Shown here one piece after another: positions 28,239 through 38,314 of a DNA stretch of 64,000 nucleotides. The notes under the pieces are model-generated. The model was given only the letters and a program-made list of their open reading frames with translations. It ran no database searches and was not told the origin of the DNA. Each line of letters opens with the position of its first letter. Positions within the stretch are counted from its first letter, which is position 1. The stretch lies in the NCBI GenBank assembly GCA_016784145.1, contig JADHVF010000002.1, forward strand, positions 112,357 through 176,356, in the 5' to 3' direction. Position numbers and translations under genes: made by a program. The DNA is from Patescibacteria group bacterium (lineage in GTDB: Bacteria > Patescibacteriota > Patescibacteriia > UBA2591 > UBA6264).

Positions 28239-31200
28239 ATGAAAGAGACAAAGAAAACTTTTTTTTCAAATAAAAATTCAAATATTTTTTTGCCAGATTT
28301 AATAAGCATCCAAAAAGAGTCGTATTCACGATTTTTAAATCAAGGATTAAAAGAATTATTAAAAGAATTCTCTCCAGTAAAAGATTTAATAGGGGATGCT
28401 TTTGAATTATATTTTGTAAGCCTGTCTGTTGATGAGCCAAGGTTTGACGAAATAACTACTAAAAATAAAAATTTAACATACGAAGCTCCCTTAACAGTAA
28501 AGGTTCGTTTATTAAATAAAAAAACAGGTAAAAAAATAACACAAAAAGTCCATTTTGGAGATATGCCCTTGATGACAGATCAAGGGACTTTTATTATTAA
28601 TGGGATTGAAAGAGTTGTTGTGCAGCAGCTTGTTCGATCGCCTGGAGTATTTTTTTCAAGTAAATTAATCAAAGGGCGATTTTTTTATGGTGCAAAAATT
28701 ATTCCAGACAGAGGGGCTTGGCTTGAATTTGAGACAGATTTTCGCAATGTTCTCTGGGCAAGAATAGATAGACAAAGGAAAACATCAGTGACAGCTCTTT
28801 TAAGAGTGTTTGGAATAAAAACAGATAAGGAAATTATTGATATTTTTAAAAAATTAGCTAAAAGAGATAAATTAGAAGAGAGCTTGGTGCTTGATTATAT
28901 AAAAGCAGCCATGGAAAAAGACCCATCAACAACAGAAGAAGAAGGGCTAATAGAGGTTTACCGTAAAATTAGACCTGGAGACATGGCCACGGTTGATAAT
29001 GCTCGTTCTTTAATTTATGCCATGTTCTTTAATCATAATAGATATGACATGAGTAAGGTTGGTAGATTTAAAATGAATAGTCGATTAGAGATTGATACTA
29101 AAATAAAAGAAAGAACAATCAGACAAGAAGATCTGATTGAAATTATTTTTGAAATAATAAAATTTAATATAACACAAATGCCATCAGATGACATTGACCA
29201 TCTTTTTAATAGAAGAATAAGAGCAGTTGGAGAATTGGTTCAAAATAGAATGAGAGTAGGCATGCTTAGATTACAAAGAATTATCAAAGATAGAATGAGC
29301 AGTATTACAGAATCAAAAAAAATTATTCCAGGTCAACTTATAAACATAAGGCCAGTTTCGGGAATTATTAGAGAATTTTTTATGTCTTCACAATTATCTC
29401 AGTTCATGGACCAGGTAAATGTATTATCAGAATTAGAACATAAAAGAAGATTAACTGTTGTTGGTCCTGGTGGATTAAACAAAGATCGAGCTGGAGCAGA
29501 GGTTCGTGATGTGCATAAAACTTACTATGGAAAAATATGTCCAATTCAAACCCCAGAAGGCCCAAGCGTTGGTTTAGTTGGCCAATTGACTTGTTATGCT
29601 AGAGTTAATGAATATGGGTTTATAGAATCGCCATATAGAAAAGTAAAAAATGGGAAATTAACAGAAGAAATTGTTTATCTTAATGCTTATGAAGAAGAAA
29701 AATACATTTTGGCTCCGTTTTTTACTAAGATTGATAAAAATGGAAAAATACAGATAAAACAAGTTGAAGCCAGGGTTTATGGGAGGCCCACTTTTGCGAA
29801 TTATAAAGACGTTGAGTTTATTGACATTGCTCCTAATCAAATAATTAGTGTTGGCACATCTCTTATTCCTTTTTTAGAGCATGATGATGGTGTGCGAGCT
29901 TTGATGGGGACAAATATGCAAAGACAGGCAGTCCCTTTGTTTAAGCCAGAATCTCCTGTTATTGGAACTGGTATTGAGGGTAAAATTGCTAGTGACTCAG
30001 GCTATTTAATTGAATCTGAAGCAAAAGGCAAGGTAAAAAAAGTAAGCGGGGATTATATTGAAGTTGTTTATGCTGGCAATAAAACAAAAAAATATCATTT
30101 AAATAAATATAGACGGTCAAATTTTGATACTTGCTTTGACCAGCATCCAGTGGCATTTAAAAATCAAAAATTAGATAAAGGAGACATTTTAGCAGAAGGG
30201 TCTTCAATAGAAGATGGGAAACTAGCTCTTGGGAGTAATTTTTTGGTTGCTTTTATGTCATGGGAAGGAAGCAATTATGAAGATGCTATTTGCATCTCTT
30301 CTAGGTTGATGAAAAACGATAAATTGACTTCATTGCATATTGCTCAGCATGTAATTGATATTAGGGAAACAAAATTTGGTCCAGAGGTCACTACTAGAGA
30401 TATTCCAAATGTTAGTGAAGAAAAGTTAGCGAATCTCGATCAAGAAGGAATAATTAGACAAGGAGCAGAGGTCAAGCCAGGAGATATTTTAATCGGGAAA
30501 ATAACTCCAAGAGGAGAGACTGAATTAAGCGCAGAAGAAAAATTATTAAGGGCGATTTTTGGAGAAAAAGCTCAAGATGTTCGAGATTCTTCTCTTTATT
30601 TAAAACACGGAGAATCTGGGAAGGTTATTAATATAAAAATTTTTTCAAGAGAAAATGGTGATAAATTAGGTCCGGGGATTGTAAAATCAATTCAAATTTT
30701 AGTTCTTAGTTTAAGAAAAATTCAAGTAGGAGATAAATTAGCTGGCAGACACGGAAATAAAGGGGTTGTTTCAAGAATTGTCTCAGAAGAAGATATGCCG
30801 TATTTGTTAGAAAATGGTCAACCAGTTGACATTATTCTTAATCCTCTAGGAATTGTTTCAAGAATGAATTTAGGGCAAGTACTGGAAACACATTTAGGAT
30901 TGGCTGCTAATAAATTAGGAAAAAAAATAATCACGCCTGCATTGAATGGCCTGACAGAAGACGAGATAGGAAAAAAATTAAACGAAGCCGGTTATAGTAA
31001 AACAGGGAAAATGAAACTTTGTGATGGCCGAACAGGTAAATTATTCCAGAACCCAGTAACAGTTGGAATAGCTTATATGTTAAAATTAAATCATTTGGTT
31101 GAAAATAAAATACATCAACGTTCAATAGGACCATATTCTTTAATTACTCAACAACCATTAGGAGGAAAAGCTCAATTTGGCGGGCAAAGATTTGGAGAAA

Positions 31201-31454
31201 TGGAAGTTTGGGCGTTAGAAGGATATGGAGCATCTTATAATTTACAAGAAATGCTTACAGTTAAATCAGATGATGTAACTGGTAGGACAAAAGCATATGA
31301 ATCAATTATAAATGGTAAACCAGTGACAGAAATTAATATACCAGAATCATTTAGTGTTTTAGTTCGTGAGCTTAAGGGGCTTGGATTAAATGTAGAAATG
31401 TTTAGAAATAAAAGAAATATTAATTTTGGATATTCAAAAAAAATAAATAAATAA
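28239..31454 (+). CDS. rpoB: DNA-directed RNA polymerase subunit beta (compact, 1071 aa)
   Basis: Conserved beta-subunit blocks throughout (rifampicin cluster region QLSQFMDQ.N.LSE..HKRRL, GGQRFGEMEVWALEAYGA-like C-terminus). Confidence 0.97.
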   Translation: MKETKKTFFSNKNSNIFLPDLISIQKESYSRFLNQGLKELLKEFSPVKDLIGDAFELYFVSLSVDEPRFDEITTKNKNLTYEAPLTVKVRLLNKKTGKKITQKVHFGDMPLMTDQGTFIINGIERVVVQQLVRSPGVFFSSKLIKGRFFYGAKIIPDRGAWLEFETDFRNVLWARIDRQRKTSVTALLRVFGIKTDKEIIDIFKKLAKRDKLEESLVLDYIKAAMEKDPSTTEEEGLIEVYRKIRPGDMATVDNARSLIYAMFFNHNRYDMSKVGRFKMNSRLEIDTKIKERTIRQEDLIEIIFEIIKFNITQMPSDDIDHLFNRRIRAVGELVQNRMRVGMLRLQRIIKDRMSSITESKKIIPGQLINIRPVSGIIREFFMSSQLSQFMDQVNVLSELEHKRRLTVVGPGGLNKDRAGAEVRDVHKTYYGKICPIQTPEGPSVGLVGQLTCYARVNEYGFIESPYRKVKNGKLTEEIVYLNAYEEEKYILAPFFTKIDKNGKIQIKQVEARVYGRPTFANYKDVEFIDIAPNQIISVGTSLIPFLEHDDGVRALMGTNMQRQAVPLFKPESPVIGTGIEGKIASDSGYLIESEAKGKVKKVSGDYIEVVYAGNKTKKYHLNKYRRSNFDTCFDQHPVAFKNQKLDKGDILAEGSSIEDGKLALGSNFLVAFMSWEGSNYEDAICISSRLMKNDKLTSLHIAQHVIDIRETKFGPEVTTRDIPNVSEEKLANLDQEGIIRQGAEVKPGDILIGKITPRGETELSAEEKLLRAIFGEKAQDVRDSSLYLKHGESGKVINIKIFSRENGDKLGPGIVKSIQILVLSLRKIQVGDKLAGRHGNKGVVSRIVSEEDMPYLLENGQPVDIILNPLGIVSRMNLGQVLETHLGLAANKLGKKIITPALNGLTEDEIGKKLNEAGYSKTGKMKLCDGRTGKLFQNPVTVGIAYMLKLNHLVENKIHQRSIGPYSLITQQPLGGKAQFGGQRFGEMEVWALEGYGASYNLQEMLTVKSDDVTGRTKAYESIINGKPVTEINIPESFSVLVRELKGLGLNVEMFRNKRNINFGYSKKINK

Positions 31455-31457
31455 AAT

Positions 31458-34400
31458 ATGCCTACTCCCTCAACAATTGGTACCATAAGTTTACAATCAA
31501 CAAGCAAATTAAAATCTTTTGATTTTGATTCTATTGGATTAAGCATTGCTTCATCAGAAGAAGTGTTGTCTTGGTCTTATGGAGAAGTACTAAAACCAGA
31601 AACCATCAATTATAGAAGCAGAAAACCAGAAAGAGATGGTTTGTTTTGTCAAAAAATTTTTGGACCTGTTAAAGATTGGCAATGTGCTTGTGGAAAGTAT
31701 AAAAAATTAAGATACAAGGGTATTGTTTGTGATCGTTGCGGAGTTGAAATAACCAGACGTCTAGTTAGAAGAAAAAGATTTGGACACATAAGTTTAGTAG
31801 CTCCAGTAGCTCATATTTGGTTTTTAAGAGGCATGCCATCAAAAATAGGTTTAATTCTAGGAATGACCATTCAGTCACTTGAAAAGGTGGTTTATTTTGC
31901 TAATTTTATTATCACAGATGTTAAAGAAGAATTAAAAGAAATTTTTTTAAAAGATTTATTAAAAGAATATCAAGATAAAAAGAAAGAAATCAAACAAGAT
32001 TTTAAAATTAATTCTGATGAATATTTTAATAGACTAGAACAATTAACAAGTAATTATAAATCAGCTAAAAATGAAATTTTAAAAATTAAAAGAAAAAATT
32101 TATTAACAGAAGTAGAATACAGAGATTTTTCTTTAAAATATGGACACATTTTTGAAGCAGATATTGGAGCAGAATCAATTTTAAGTTTACTAGCTACTAC
32201 TGACTTGAATAAGTTATTTAGAAAATTAAAAAAAGAAGAAGATAAAACAAGAAATCCTTTGGCTAAGAAAAAAATTGCCAGAAGAGCCAGATATGTTCAA
32301 GATTTTATTAAGAATAAAATCAGTCCGGCAAATATGATTTTAAATGTAATCCCGGTTATTCCTCCGGAGCTAAGGCCATTAGTGCCTCTAGATGGAGGGA
32401 GGTTTGCTTCTTCTGACTTAAATGACTTGTATCGTAGAGTTATAAATCGCAACAATAGATTGAAACGACTTTATGAACTTCGTTCTCCCGAAGTAATTTT
32501 AAGAAACGAAAAAAGAATGCTTCAAGAAGCAGTTGATGCTTTGTTTGATAATAATATGAGGGCAGGCAAAACAACTATTGCTTCCACGGGGCAAAAAAGA
32601 CCATTAAAATCTTTAGCAGATATACTAAAAGGCAAACAAGGGAGATTTAGAAAGAATTTATTAGGGAAAAGAGTAGATTATTCAGGCAGGTCAGTAATTG
32701 TAGTCGGCCCAAAATTAAAACTCCATCAATGTGGGTTGCCAAAAATAATGGCTATTGAACTTTTTAAGCCATTTGTTGCTTCTAAACTAATTGAAAAAGA
32801 GGTGGTTCATAATGTAAAAAGTGCTAATAGATTAATAGAAGATGGTCAAGATATTGTTTGGGATATATTAGAAGAGGTAACTAAAAAATCATATGTTCTT
32901 TTAAATAGAGCTCCGACACTTCATCGTTTAGGGATTCAAGCATTTCAGCCAGTATTAATAGAAGGCAAGGCAATTCAAATTCATCCTTTGGTTTGTGCTG
33001 CTTTTAATGCGGATTTTGACGGAGATCAGATGGCTGTTTATTTGCCTATTACTGCCAAAGGACAAACAGAAGCAAAAGAAATAATGCTTTCAACAAAAAA
33101 TATCTTAAAACCAGCTGATGGCAAGCCAGTTGTTGCTCCAACCCAAGATATAGTTTGGGGAGCATATCATATGACTTTTATTAGAAAAACAAAAACAAAA
33201 GAAAAAATGTATTTTAGTAGTATGGATGAAGCAATTTTGGCTCATGAGGCAAACAAAATAGATATTCAAGACAGAATTAATATTAAGGTTGATAAAAAAA
33301 TAATTAAAACAAGTTTGGGCAGGTTAATTTTTAATTCTACTCTGCCAAAAGGATTTTATGATTTGAAAAACCCAATCAGAAAGAAGGATTTAAAAGAAAT
33401 CATTGTTAAAATTTATGAACAACACGGAGAAGATTTAACAGTAGAAACTTTAGATAAAATCAAAAAAACAGCTATTTTTTTTCTTACACTTTCAGGTCTT
33501 TCATGGGGAATGGATGACTTGCCAGTCATTCCTGAAAAAGAAAAAATAATAAAATTATCTGAAAAAGAAATAGTAAAAATACAGTCAGAATATGATGAGG
33601 GGTTGCTTTCAGAAGAGGAAAGATATTTAAAAAGTATTGATGTCTGGTTAAAAACAAAAGATGAAATAACAGATATTGTTGTGCAGACAAAAAAAGATTA
33701 TGGGCCAGCTTTTTCAATGGTTCAATCAGGAGCAAGAGGCTCGTGGGTTCAATTATCACAAATGTTTGGCATGAGAGGGATTGTCTCTTCTCCTTCTGGT
33801 CGCTTAATAGAATTGCCAATTAAATCTTCTTTTAAAGAAGGATTTAGTGTTTTAGAGTTTTTTATCTCTACTCATGGTTCAAGGAAAGGAACAGCAGATA
33901 CAGCTTTAAGAACAGCCGAAGCAGGATATTTAACTAGAAGAATGGTTGATGTTGCTCAAGATATTGTTGTATCAGAAGAGAAGTGTAGTGATAAGCAAGG
34001 ATATAGAATTAGCAGTGAAGATAATAAAGAGGTTGGAGAAACATGGGAAGAAAGATTAACTGGCAGAACAGCTGCCCGGGATATAATTAACCTTAAAACG
34101 AAAAAAGTTATTGTTAAAACAGGAGAAATAATAGGGACAGAACAAGCCCAGACAATAGCAAAAATAGATCCAGAAGAAGTTTTCATATATTCTCTTCTTA
34201 CTTGTAAATTAAATAAAGGAGTTTGTGCTAGGTGTTATGGAAATGATTTGGCTTACAATAAAAAAGTCAAACAAGGAACTCCGGTTGGGATTATAGCAGC
34301 TCAAAGCATTGGTGAGCCTGGCACTCAATTAACTTTGAGAACTTTTCATACTGGAGGAGTGGCTGGAGAGGATATTACTCAAGGATTGCCAAGAGTTGAA

Positions 34401-35246
34401 GAAATATTTGAAACAAGAGCTCCTAAAAAGAAAGCTATTATATCTAATTATAATGGGACTGTTAGAATTAAAGATGAAAATAATTCCTCTAAGAAGATAG
34501 TGATTCAATACAAGGAATCACAAAAAGATGAACATAAAATTGATGATAATTGGAAATTAAAAGTAACTAATAAAGATAAAGTCTCAAAAGGAGATATTTT
34601 GGCAACATTTAAAAATAAGCAGATTAAAGCGATTAATAAAGGGGAAATAGAGTTAAATGTCAAAGATAAAATCAATGTTATTTATAACTCAATAAAAGAA
34701 GAGGAATATGAAGTAGGCGGATACAGAGTATTAGTAAAAGACAAAGAAAAAATAAACAAAGGACAGCTTTTAACCGATGGCAATCTTGACTTAAAAGAAG
34801 TTTATAAATTAAAAGGAAAATTAGAAGTTGAAAAGTATATTTTTAGGGAAATTCAATACATTTATTCATCTCAAGGGCAAAAATTAAACGATAAACATAT
34901 AGAGATAATAATTAAACAGATGTTTTCAAGGGTCAGGATTATAGATGCTGGTGATACAGAATTTTTAATCGGAGAAATAGTCTCCAAGAGTAATTTAGCA
35001 GAGGTTAATGATCAAATGAAAGCCAAGAAAAAAGCCCCGGCCAAGGCAAAAGAATTATTAACAGGAATAACAAAAGTTTCTTTATCAACTGATAGTTGGC
35101 TTTCATCGGCTTCATTTCAGCAAACATCAAGAGTTTTGATAGATGCTGCCATTAGTCAAAAAGTAGACAATCTAAAAGGATTGAAAGAAAATGTTATTAT
35201 CGGGCGATTAATACCAGTTGGCACAGGATATAAAACAAAAAAATAA
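31458..35246 (+). CDS. rpoC: DNA-directed RNA polymerase subunit beta' (1262 aa)
   Basis: N-terminal zinc finger CxC...CxxC (CACGKYK...CDRCGVE), the active site NADFDGDQM, and a conserved trigger loop. Confidence 0.97.
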   Translation: MPTPSTIGTISLQSTSKLKSFDFDSIGLSIASSEEVLSWSYGEVLKPETINYRSRKPERDGLFCQKIFGPVKDWQCACGKYKKLRYKGIVCDRCGVEITRRLVRRKRFGHISLVAPVAHIWFLRGMPSKIGLILGMTIQSLEKVVYFANFIITDVKEELKEIFLKDLLKEYQDKKKEIKQDFKINSDEYFNRLEQLTSNYKSAKNEILKIKRKNLLTEVEYRDFSLKYGHIFEADIGAESILSLLATTDLNKLFRKLKKEEDKTRNPLAKKKIARRARYVQDFIKNKISPANMILNVIPVIPPELRPLVPLDGGRFASSDLNDLYRRVINRNNRLKRLYELRSPEVILRNEKRMLQEAVDALFDNNMRAGKTTIASTGQKRPLKSLADILKGKQGRFRKNLLGKRVDYSGRSVIVVGPKLKLHQCGLPKIMAIELFKPFVASKLIEKEVVHNVKSANRLIEDGQDIVWDILEEVTKKSYVLLNRAPTLHRLGIQAFQPVLIEGKAIQIHPLVCAAFNADFDGDQMAVYLPITAKGQTEAKEIMLSTKNILKPADGKPVVAPTQDIVWGAYHMTFIRKTKTKEKMYFSSMDEAILAHEANKIDIQDRINIKVDKKIIKTSLGRLIFNSTLPKGFYDLKNPIRKKDLKEIIVKIYEQHGEDLTVETLDKIKKTAIFFLTLSGLSWGMDDLPVIPEKEKIIKLSEKEIVKIQSEYDEGLLSEEERYLKSIDVWLKTKDEITDIVVQTKKDYGPAFSMVQSGARGSWVQLSQMFGMRGIVSSPSGRLIELPIKSSFKEGFSVLEFFISTHGSRKGTADTALRTAEAGYLTRRMVDVAQDIVVSEEKCSDKQGYRISSEDNKEVGETWEERLTGRTAARDIINLKTKKVIVKTGEIIGTEQAQTIAKIDPEEVFIYSLLTCKLNKGVCARCYGNDLAYNKKVKQGTPVGIIAAQSIGEPGTQLTLRTFHTGGVAGEDITQGLPRVEEIFETRAPKKKAIISNYNGTVRIKDENNSSKKIVIQYKESQKDEHKIDDNWKLKVTNKDKVSKGDILATFKNKQIKAINKGEIELNVKDKINVIYNSIKEEEYEVGGYRVLVKDKEKINKGQLLTDGNLDLKEVYKLKGKLEVEKYIFREIQYIYSSQGQKLNDKHIEIIIKQMFSRVRIIDAGDTEFLIGEIVSKSNLAEVNDQMKAKKKAPAKAKELLTGITKVSLSTDSWLSSASFQQTSRVLIDAAISQKVDNLKGLKENVIIGRLIPVGTGYKTKK

Positions 35247-35287
35247 TAAAAATAAAACCATTATAATCTTTAATTTTATATATAATA

Positions 35288-35318
35288 TTCCAGGAAATTA
35301 TTTCTTGGAATTTTTTAT
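35288..35318 (+). terminator. Rho-independent terminator after rpoC
   Basis: TTCCAGGAAA-tta-TTTCTTGGAA: a 10-bp stem with one G-U wobble, followed by TTTTTT. Confidence 0.55.
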
Positions 35319-35339
35319 GTTATCAAAATATAGTAAACA

Positions 35340-35367
35340 TTGAAAATATTTTTTTATATGTTATAAT
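35340..35367 (+). promoter_or_regulatory. Sigma-70-type promoter for ftsK (TTGAAA, 16 nt, TGtTATAAT), ending 7 nt before the annotated ATG
   Basis: -35 at 35340-35345 and extended -10 at 35359-35367. The spacing implies a leaderless or near-leaderless ftsK transcript. Confidence 0.4.
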
Positions 35368-35373
35368 TAATAT

Positions 35374-37494
35374 ATGCGAAAAATAAAAGCAAAAGTTAAT
35401 AAAAAGAAAAAAATTGTTCACCAAAATCATAAAGCAAGGCAACAAATAACAGGGGTTGTTTTAATTGTTGTAGCCGTGCTTTTGCTTTTGGGAATGTTTA
35501 ATTTAGCTGGTGTTGGTGGAGAATTTTTAAGTTTAATTTTTAAAATATTATTAGGCAGGGCTACTTGGGGAGTTCCTGTTTGCTTGCTTGTAATATCATT
35601 TTTTTATTTTGCTTACAATAAAGTTTCAGAAAAAAGTCATATATTTTCCTTTAAAGCTAGAATAGTAGCTTTATTTTTAATGGTTTTGATTTTGTCTGGG
35701 CTGGCTCATATTAATTTTATTAATGACAAAACATCATTTCAACTACATAATGGTGGGGGATATATTGGTTTTGGTTTGAGCTATATTATGCTTAATACTT
35801 TTGGCAATATTGCCACATGGGTTATTTTTATAGGATTTTTAATTGTTTTAGCAATTATTGTTTTAACGGGCTTAATTAAATTTGATTTTAAGAAAAGAAA
35901 AGATAGGTCAACAGAAAATCATCAGCAACAAAAATTAATTGATGATGTTTCTAACAAGAAACAACCAATAAGTTCAATTAAAAAAAAGTTAAAACCAAAG
36001 CTTTTTTCAATAAATAAAAAACAAGAATTTTCTGAAATTAATGTTGAGCAAAGTAAAAAAACTTTTTCTAATAAGAAAATAGATTTACCTCTTGATTTGT
36101 TAGATGGGTCTTTGTCTAGACCAAATGCAGGAGATACGGATGAAAATAAATTAATTATTGAAAATACATTGCAAAATTTTTCAATACCAGTTCAAATGGG
36201 GGAGACCAAAACAGGGCCTACTGTTACACAATATACTTTTAAACCAGCCGAGGGTATTAAATTATCAAAGATTACAACTTTACAAGATGATTTAGCCATG
36301 GCCCTCGCAGTTCATCCAATTCGAATTGAAGCCCCTATTCCGGGCAGGTCACTGGTTGGAGTGGAGGTTCCAAATAACAAAATAGCAGTTGTTAGATTGA
36401 AACAAATGCTAGATAGTAAAGAATTTAAGAATAGCCAATCAAACTTTACAATTTCTTTAGGCATGGATGTCTCAGGAGATGTTTGGCTGAGAGACTTTGA
36501 TAAAATGCCCCATTTATTAATTGCTGGTGCAACTGGCTCTGGTAAAACAATTTTTTTGAATGCAATAATAATTAGTTTGCTTTACCAAAATTCAATAGAA
36601 GATTTAAGATTTATTCTAATTGATCCTAAAAAAGTTGAATTAACTCTTTATAATACCTTGCCACATCTTTTAACTCCAGTGATTACTGACCCTGATAAAG
36701 CAGTTAGTTCATTAAGATGGGCAATCACAGAGATGGACAGACGTTTTGAAGTTTTGTCAAAAGCAAAAAAAAGAGATATTTCTTCTTACAATAAATATGC
36801 AGAAGAAAAATTACCAAATATAATTATAATAATAGATGAATTAGCAGATTTAATGGCTCTTGTCCCTCAAGAATTAGAATCATGTATTGTAAGATTGACT
36901 CAAATGGCTAGAGCAGTTGGAATTCATTTGATTTTAGCAACTCAAAGACCTTCTGTTAATGTGATTACAGGAATAATAAAAGCAAATATTACAAATAGAA
37001 TTGCTTTTTCAGTGGCTTCCTTGATTGATTCTAGAACAATTTTAGATTTCTCAGGGGCTGAAAAGCTACTAGGCAGAGGGGACGCGCTTTTTATTTCTTC
37101 GGAATTATCAAAGCCCAAAAGAATTCAAGCTGCTTATGTTTCAGACCAAGAGGTAAAAAAAGTAGTTTCTTATTTAACTGAAAAACTAGATCAATCTTAT
37201 GATGAAGAGGTTATTAAAGAACCAGCCCAAGAAACAACTGATGGTTTTAGTGATTTAAAACAAGATGAATTATTGCCAGAAGCAGAGGAAATAATTATTC
37301 AGGCTGGCAAAGCATCTGCATCTTATTTACAAAGAAGACTAAGAATTGGCTATGCTCGGGCAGCTCGAATACTTGATTTATTGGAAGAAAAAGGGATTAT
37401 TGGTCCGGCAGATGGAGCCAAGCCAAGAAAAGTTTATAAGTCATTTGAAGAAAATAGTGAGACAGAAGACACAGAAGAAGCTGATAATCAATAA
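35374..37494 (+). CDS. ftsK: DNA translocase FtsK/SpoIIIE
   Basis: N-terminal TM helices, a linker, the motor domain (LIAGATGSGKT, IIIDELADLM, ILATQRPS) and a C-terminal winged-helix gamma domain (ASASYLQRRLRIGYARAARILDLLEEKGI). Confidence 0.93.
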   Translation: MRKIKAKVNKKKKIVHQNHKARQQITGVVLIVVAVLLLLGMFNLAGVGGEFLSLIFKILLGRATWGVPVCLLVISFFYFAYNKVSEKSHIFSFKARIVALFLMVLILSGLAHINFINDKTSFQLHNGGGYIGFGLSYIMLNTFGNIATWVIFIGFLIVLAIIVLTGLIKFDFKKRKDRSTENHQQQKLIDDVSNKKQPISSIKKKLKPKLFSINKKQEFSEINVEQSKKTFSNKKIDLPLDLLDGSLSRPNAGDTDENKLIIENTLQNFSIPVQMGETKTGPTVTQYTFKPAEGIKLSKITTLQDDLAMALAVHPIRIEAPIPGRSLVGVEVPNNKIAVVRLKQMLDSKEFKNSQSNFTISLGMDVSGDVWLRDFDKMPHLLIAGATGSGKTIFLNAIIISLLYQNSIEDLRFILIDPKKVELTLYNTLPHLLTPVITDPDKAVSSLRWAITEMDRRFEVLSKAKKRDISSYNKYAEEKLPNIIIIIDELADLMALVPQELESCIVRLTQMARAVGIHLILATQRPSVNVITGIIKANITNRIAFSVASLIDSRTILDFSGAEKLLGRGDALFISSELSKPKRIQAAYVSDQEVKKVVSYLTEKLDQSYDEEVIKEPAQETTDGFSDLKQDELLPEAEEIIIQAGKASASYLQRRLRIGYARAARILDLLEEKGIIGPADGAKPRKVYKSFEENSETEDTEEADNQ

Positions 37495-37640
37495 TTAGTA
37501 ATCATTAATCACTAATCAATAATCACTAATAAATAATAAATAATCACTAATCAATAATCACTAATAAATAATAAATAATCAATAATCACTAATCAATAAT
37601 CAATAATCACTAATCGTTAATCAATAATAAATAATCAATA
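37483..37640. repeat. Heptanucleotide tandem repeat array: about 20 units of TCAMTAA/TAAATAA, with a 35-nt higher-order unit repeated twice
   Basis: Read directly from the sequence: tcattaa tcactaa tcaataa tcactaa taaataa taaataa tcactaa ... in strict 7-nt register. It runs from the last codons of ftsK to 2 nt before the GTG of the next gene. Confidence 0.85.
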
Positions 37641-37642
37641 AA

Positions 37643-38305
37643 GTGTCTTTTATTCGTCATAAAATTAAAAATAATACAATTGGAGATGTTCTTAAACAAG
37701 TTCGTAAATCTTTTAATTTATCTTTGAAACAAGTAGAATCAAAGACAAATATTTCCTTAAATTATTTGAAGTTTTTAGAAAATAATAATTTTTATAAATT
37801 TTCAAGTCCATCTTATGCCAGGGGAGCTCTTAAAAAATATTCAGAGTTCTTAAAAATTGATTCCAAAGACATGATAACCAATCTTAACAGAGATTTTAAG
37901 GTTGGTTTTAATAAAAATAGAGAGACATTATCTAAAACAAACAAATTAAAATTATCAAAACAATCTTTTGGTATTAAATCAGCTTTTGTGACTGTTTTTA
38001 TGCTTTTAGTTTTGCTTTATTTAGGCATTAATATAAAGCAAGGAGTGCTAACATCTCCAGAAATTAAAATTTTTAATCCAGTAGATAATTTAATAACACA
38101 AGAATCAACCCTTATTATCAAAGGAAGAGTATCTCCAATATCTTCAAATCTTTTTGTGAACAATGAATCAATAGTGCTTAATAGCAATGGATTTTTTAAA
38201 CAAGAAATAGAGCTTTCGCCTGGATTAAATAATATTGAAATTTCTGCAACCAAACAACATGCTAAAAAAACAGTTATTAATAGAAAAATAATTTTAAAAG
38301 AATAA
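37643..38305 (+). CDS. rodZ: RodZ-like cytoskeleton protein (N-terminal XRE-type HTH, single TM helix, C-terminal beta-rich domain)
   Basis: TIGDVLKQVRKSFNLSLKQVESKTNISLNYLKFLE...SYARGALKKYSEFLKID resembles the RodZ HTH. The TM helix is SAFVTVFMLLVLLYLGINI. The start is GTG and no SD is visible. Confidence 0.6.
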   Translation: MSFIRHKIKNNTIGDVLKQVRKSFNLSLKQVESKTNISLNYLKFLENNNFYKFSSPSYARGALKKYSEFLKIDSKDMITNLNRDFKVGFNKNRETLSKTNKLKLSKQSFGIKSAFVTVFMLLVLLYLGINIKQGVLTSPEIKIFNPVDNLITQESTLIIKGRVSPISSNLFVNNESIVLNSNGFFKQEIELSPGLNNIEISATKQHAKKTVINRKIILKE

Positions 38306-38314
38306 TTTTATTAT

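Noticed and set aside
37483-37640. A possible CRISPR array suggested by the regular repeats.
   Set aside because: The units are 7 nt long, contiguous and have no spacers. This is a simple heptanucleotide tandem repeat, not a repeat-spacer array, and no cas genes are present.
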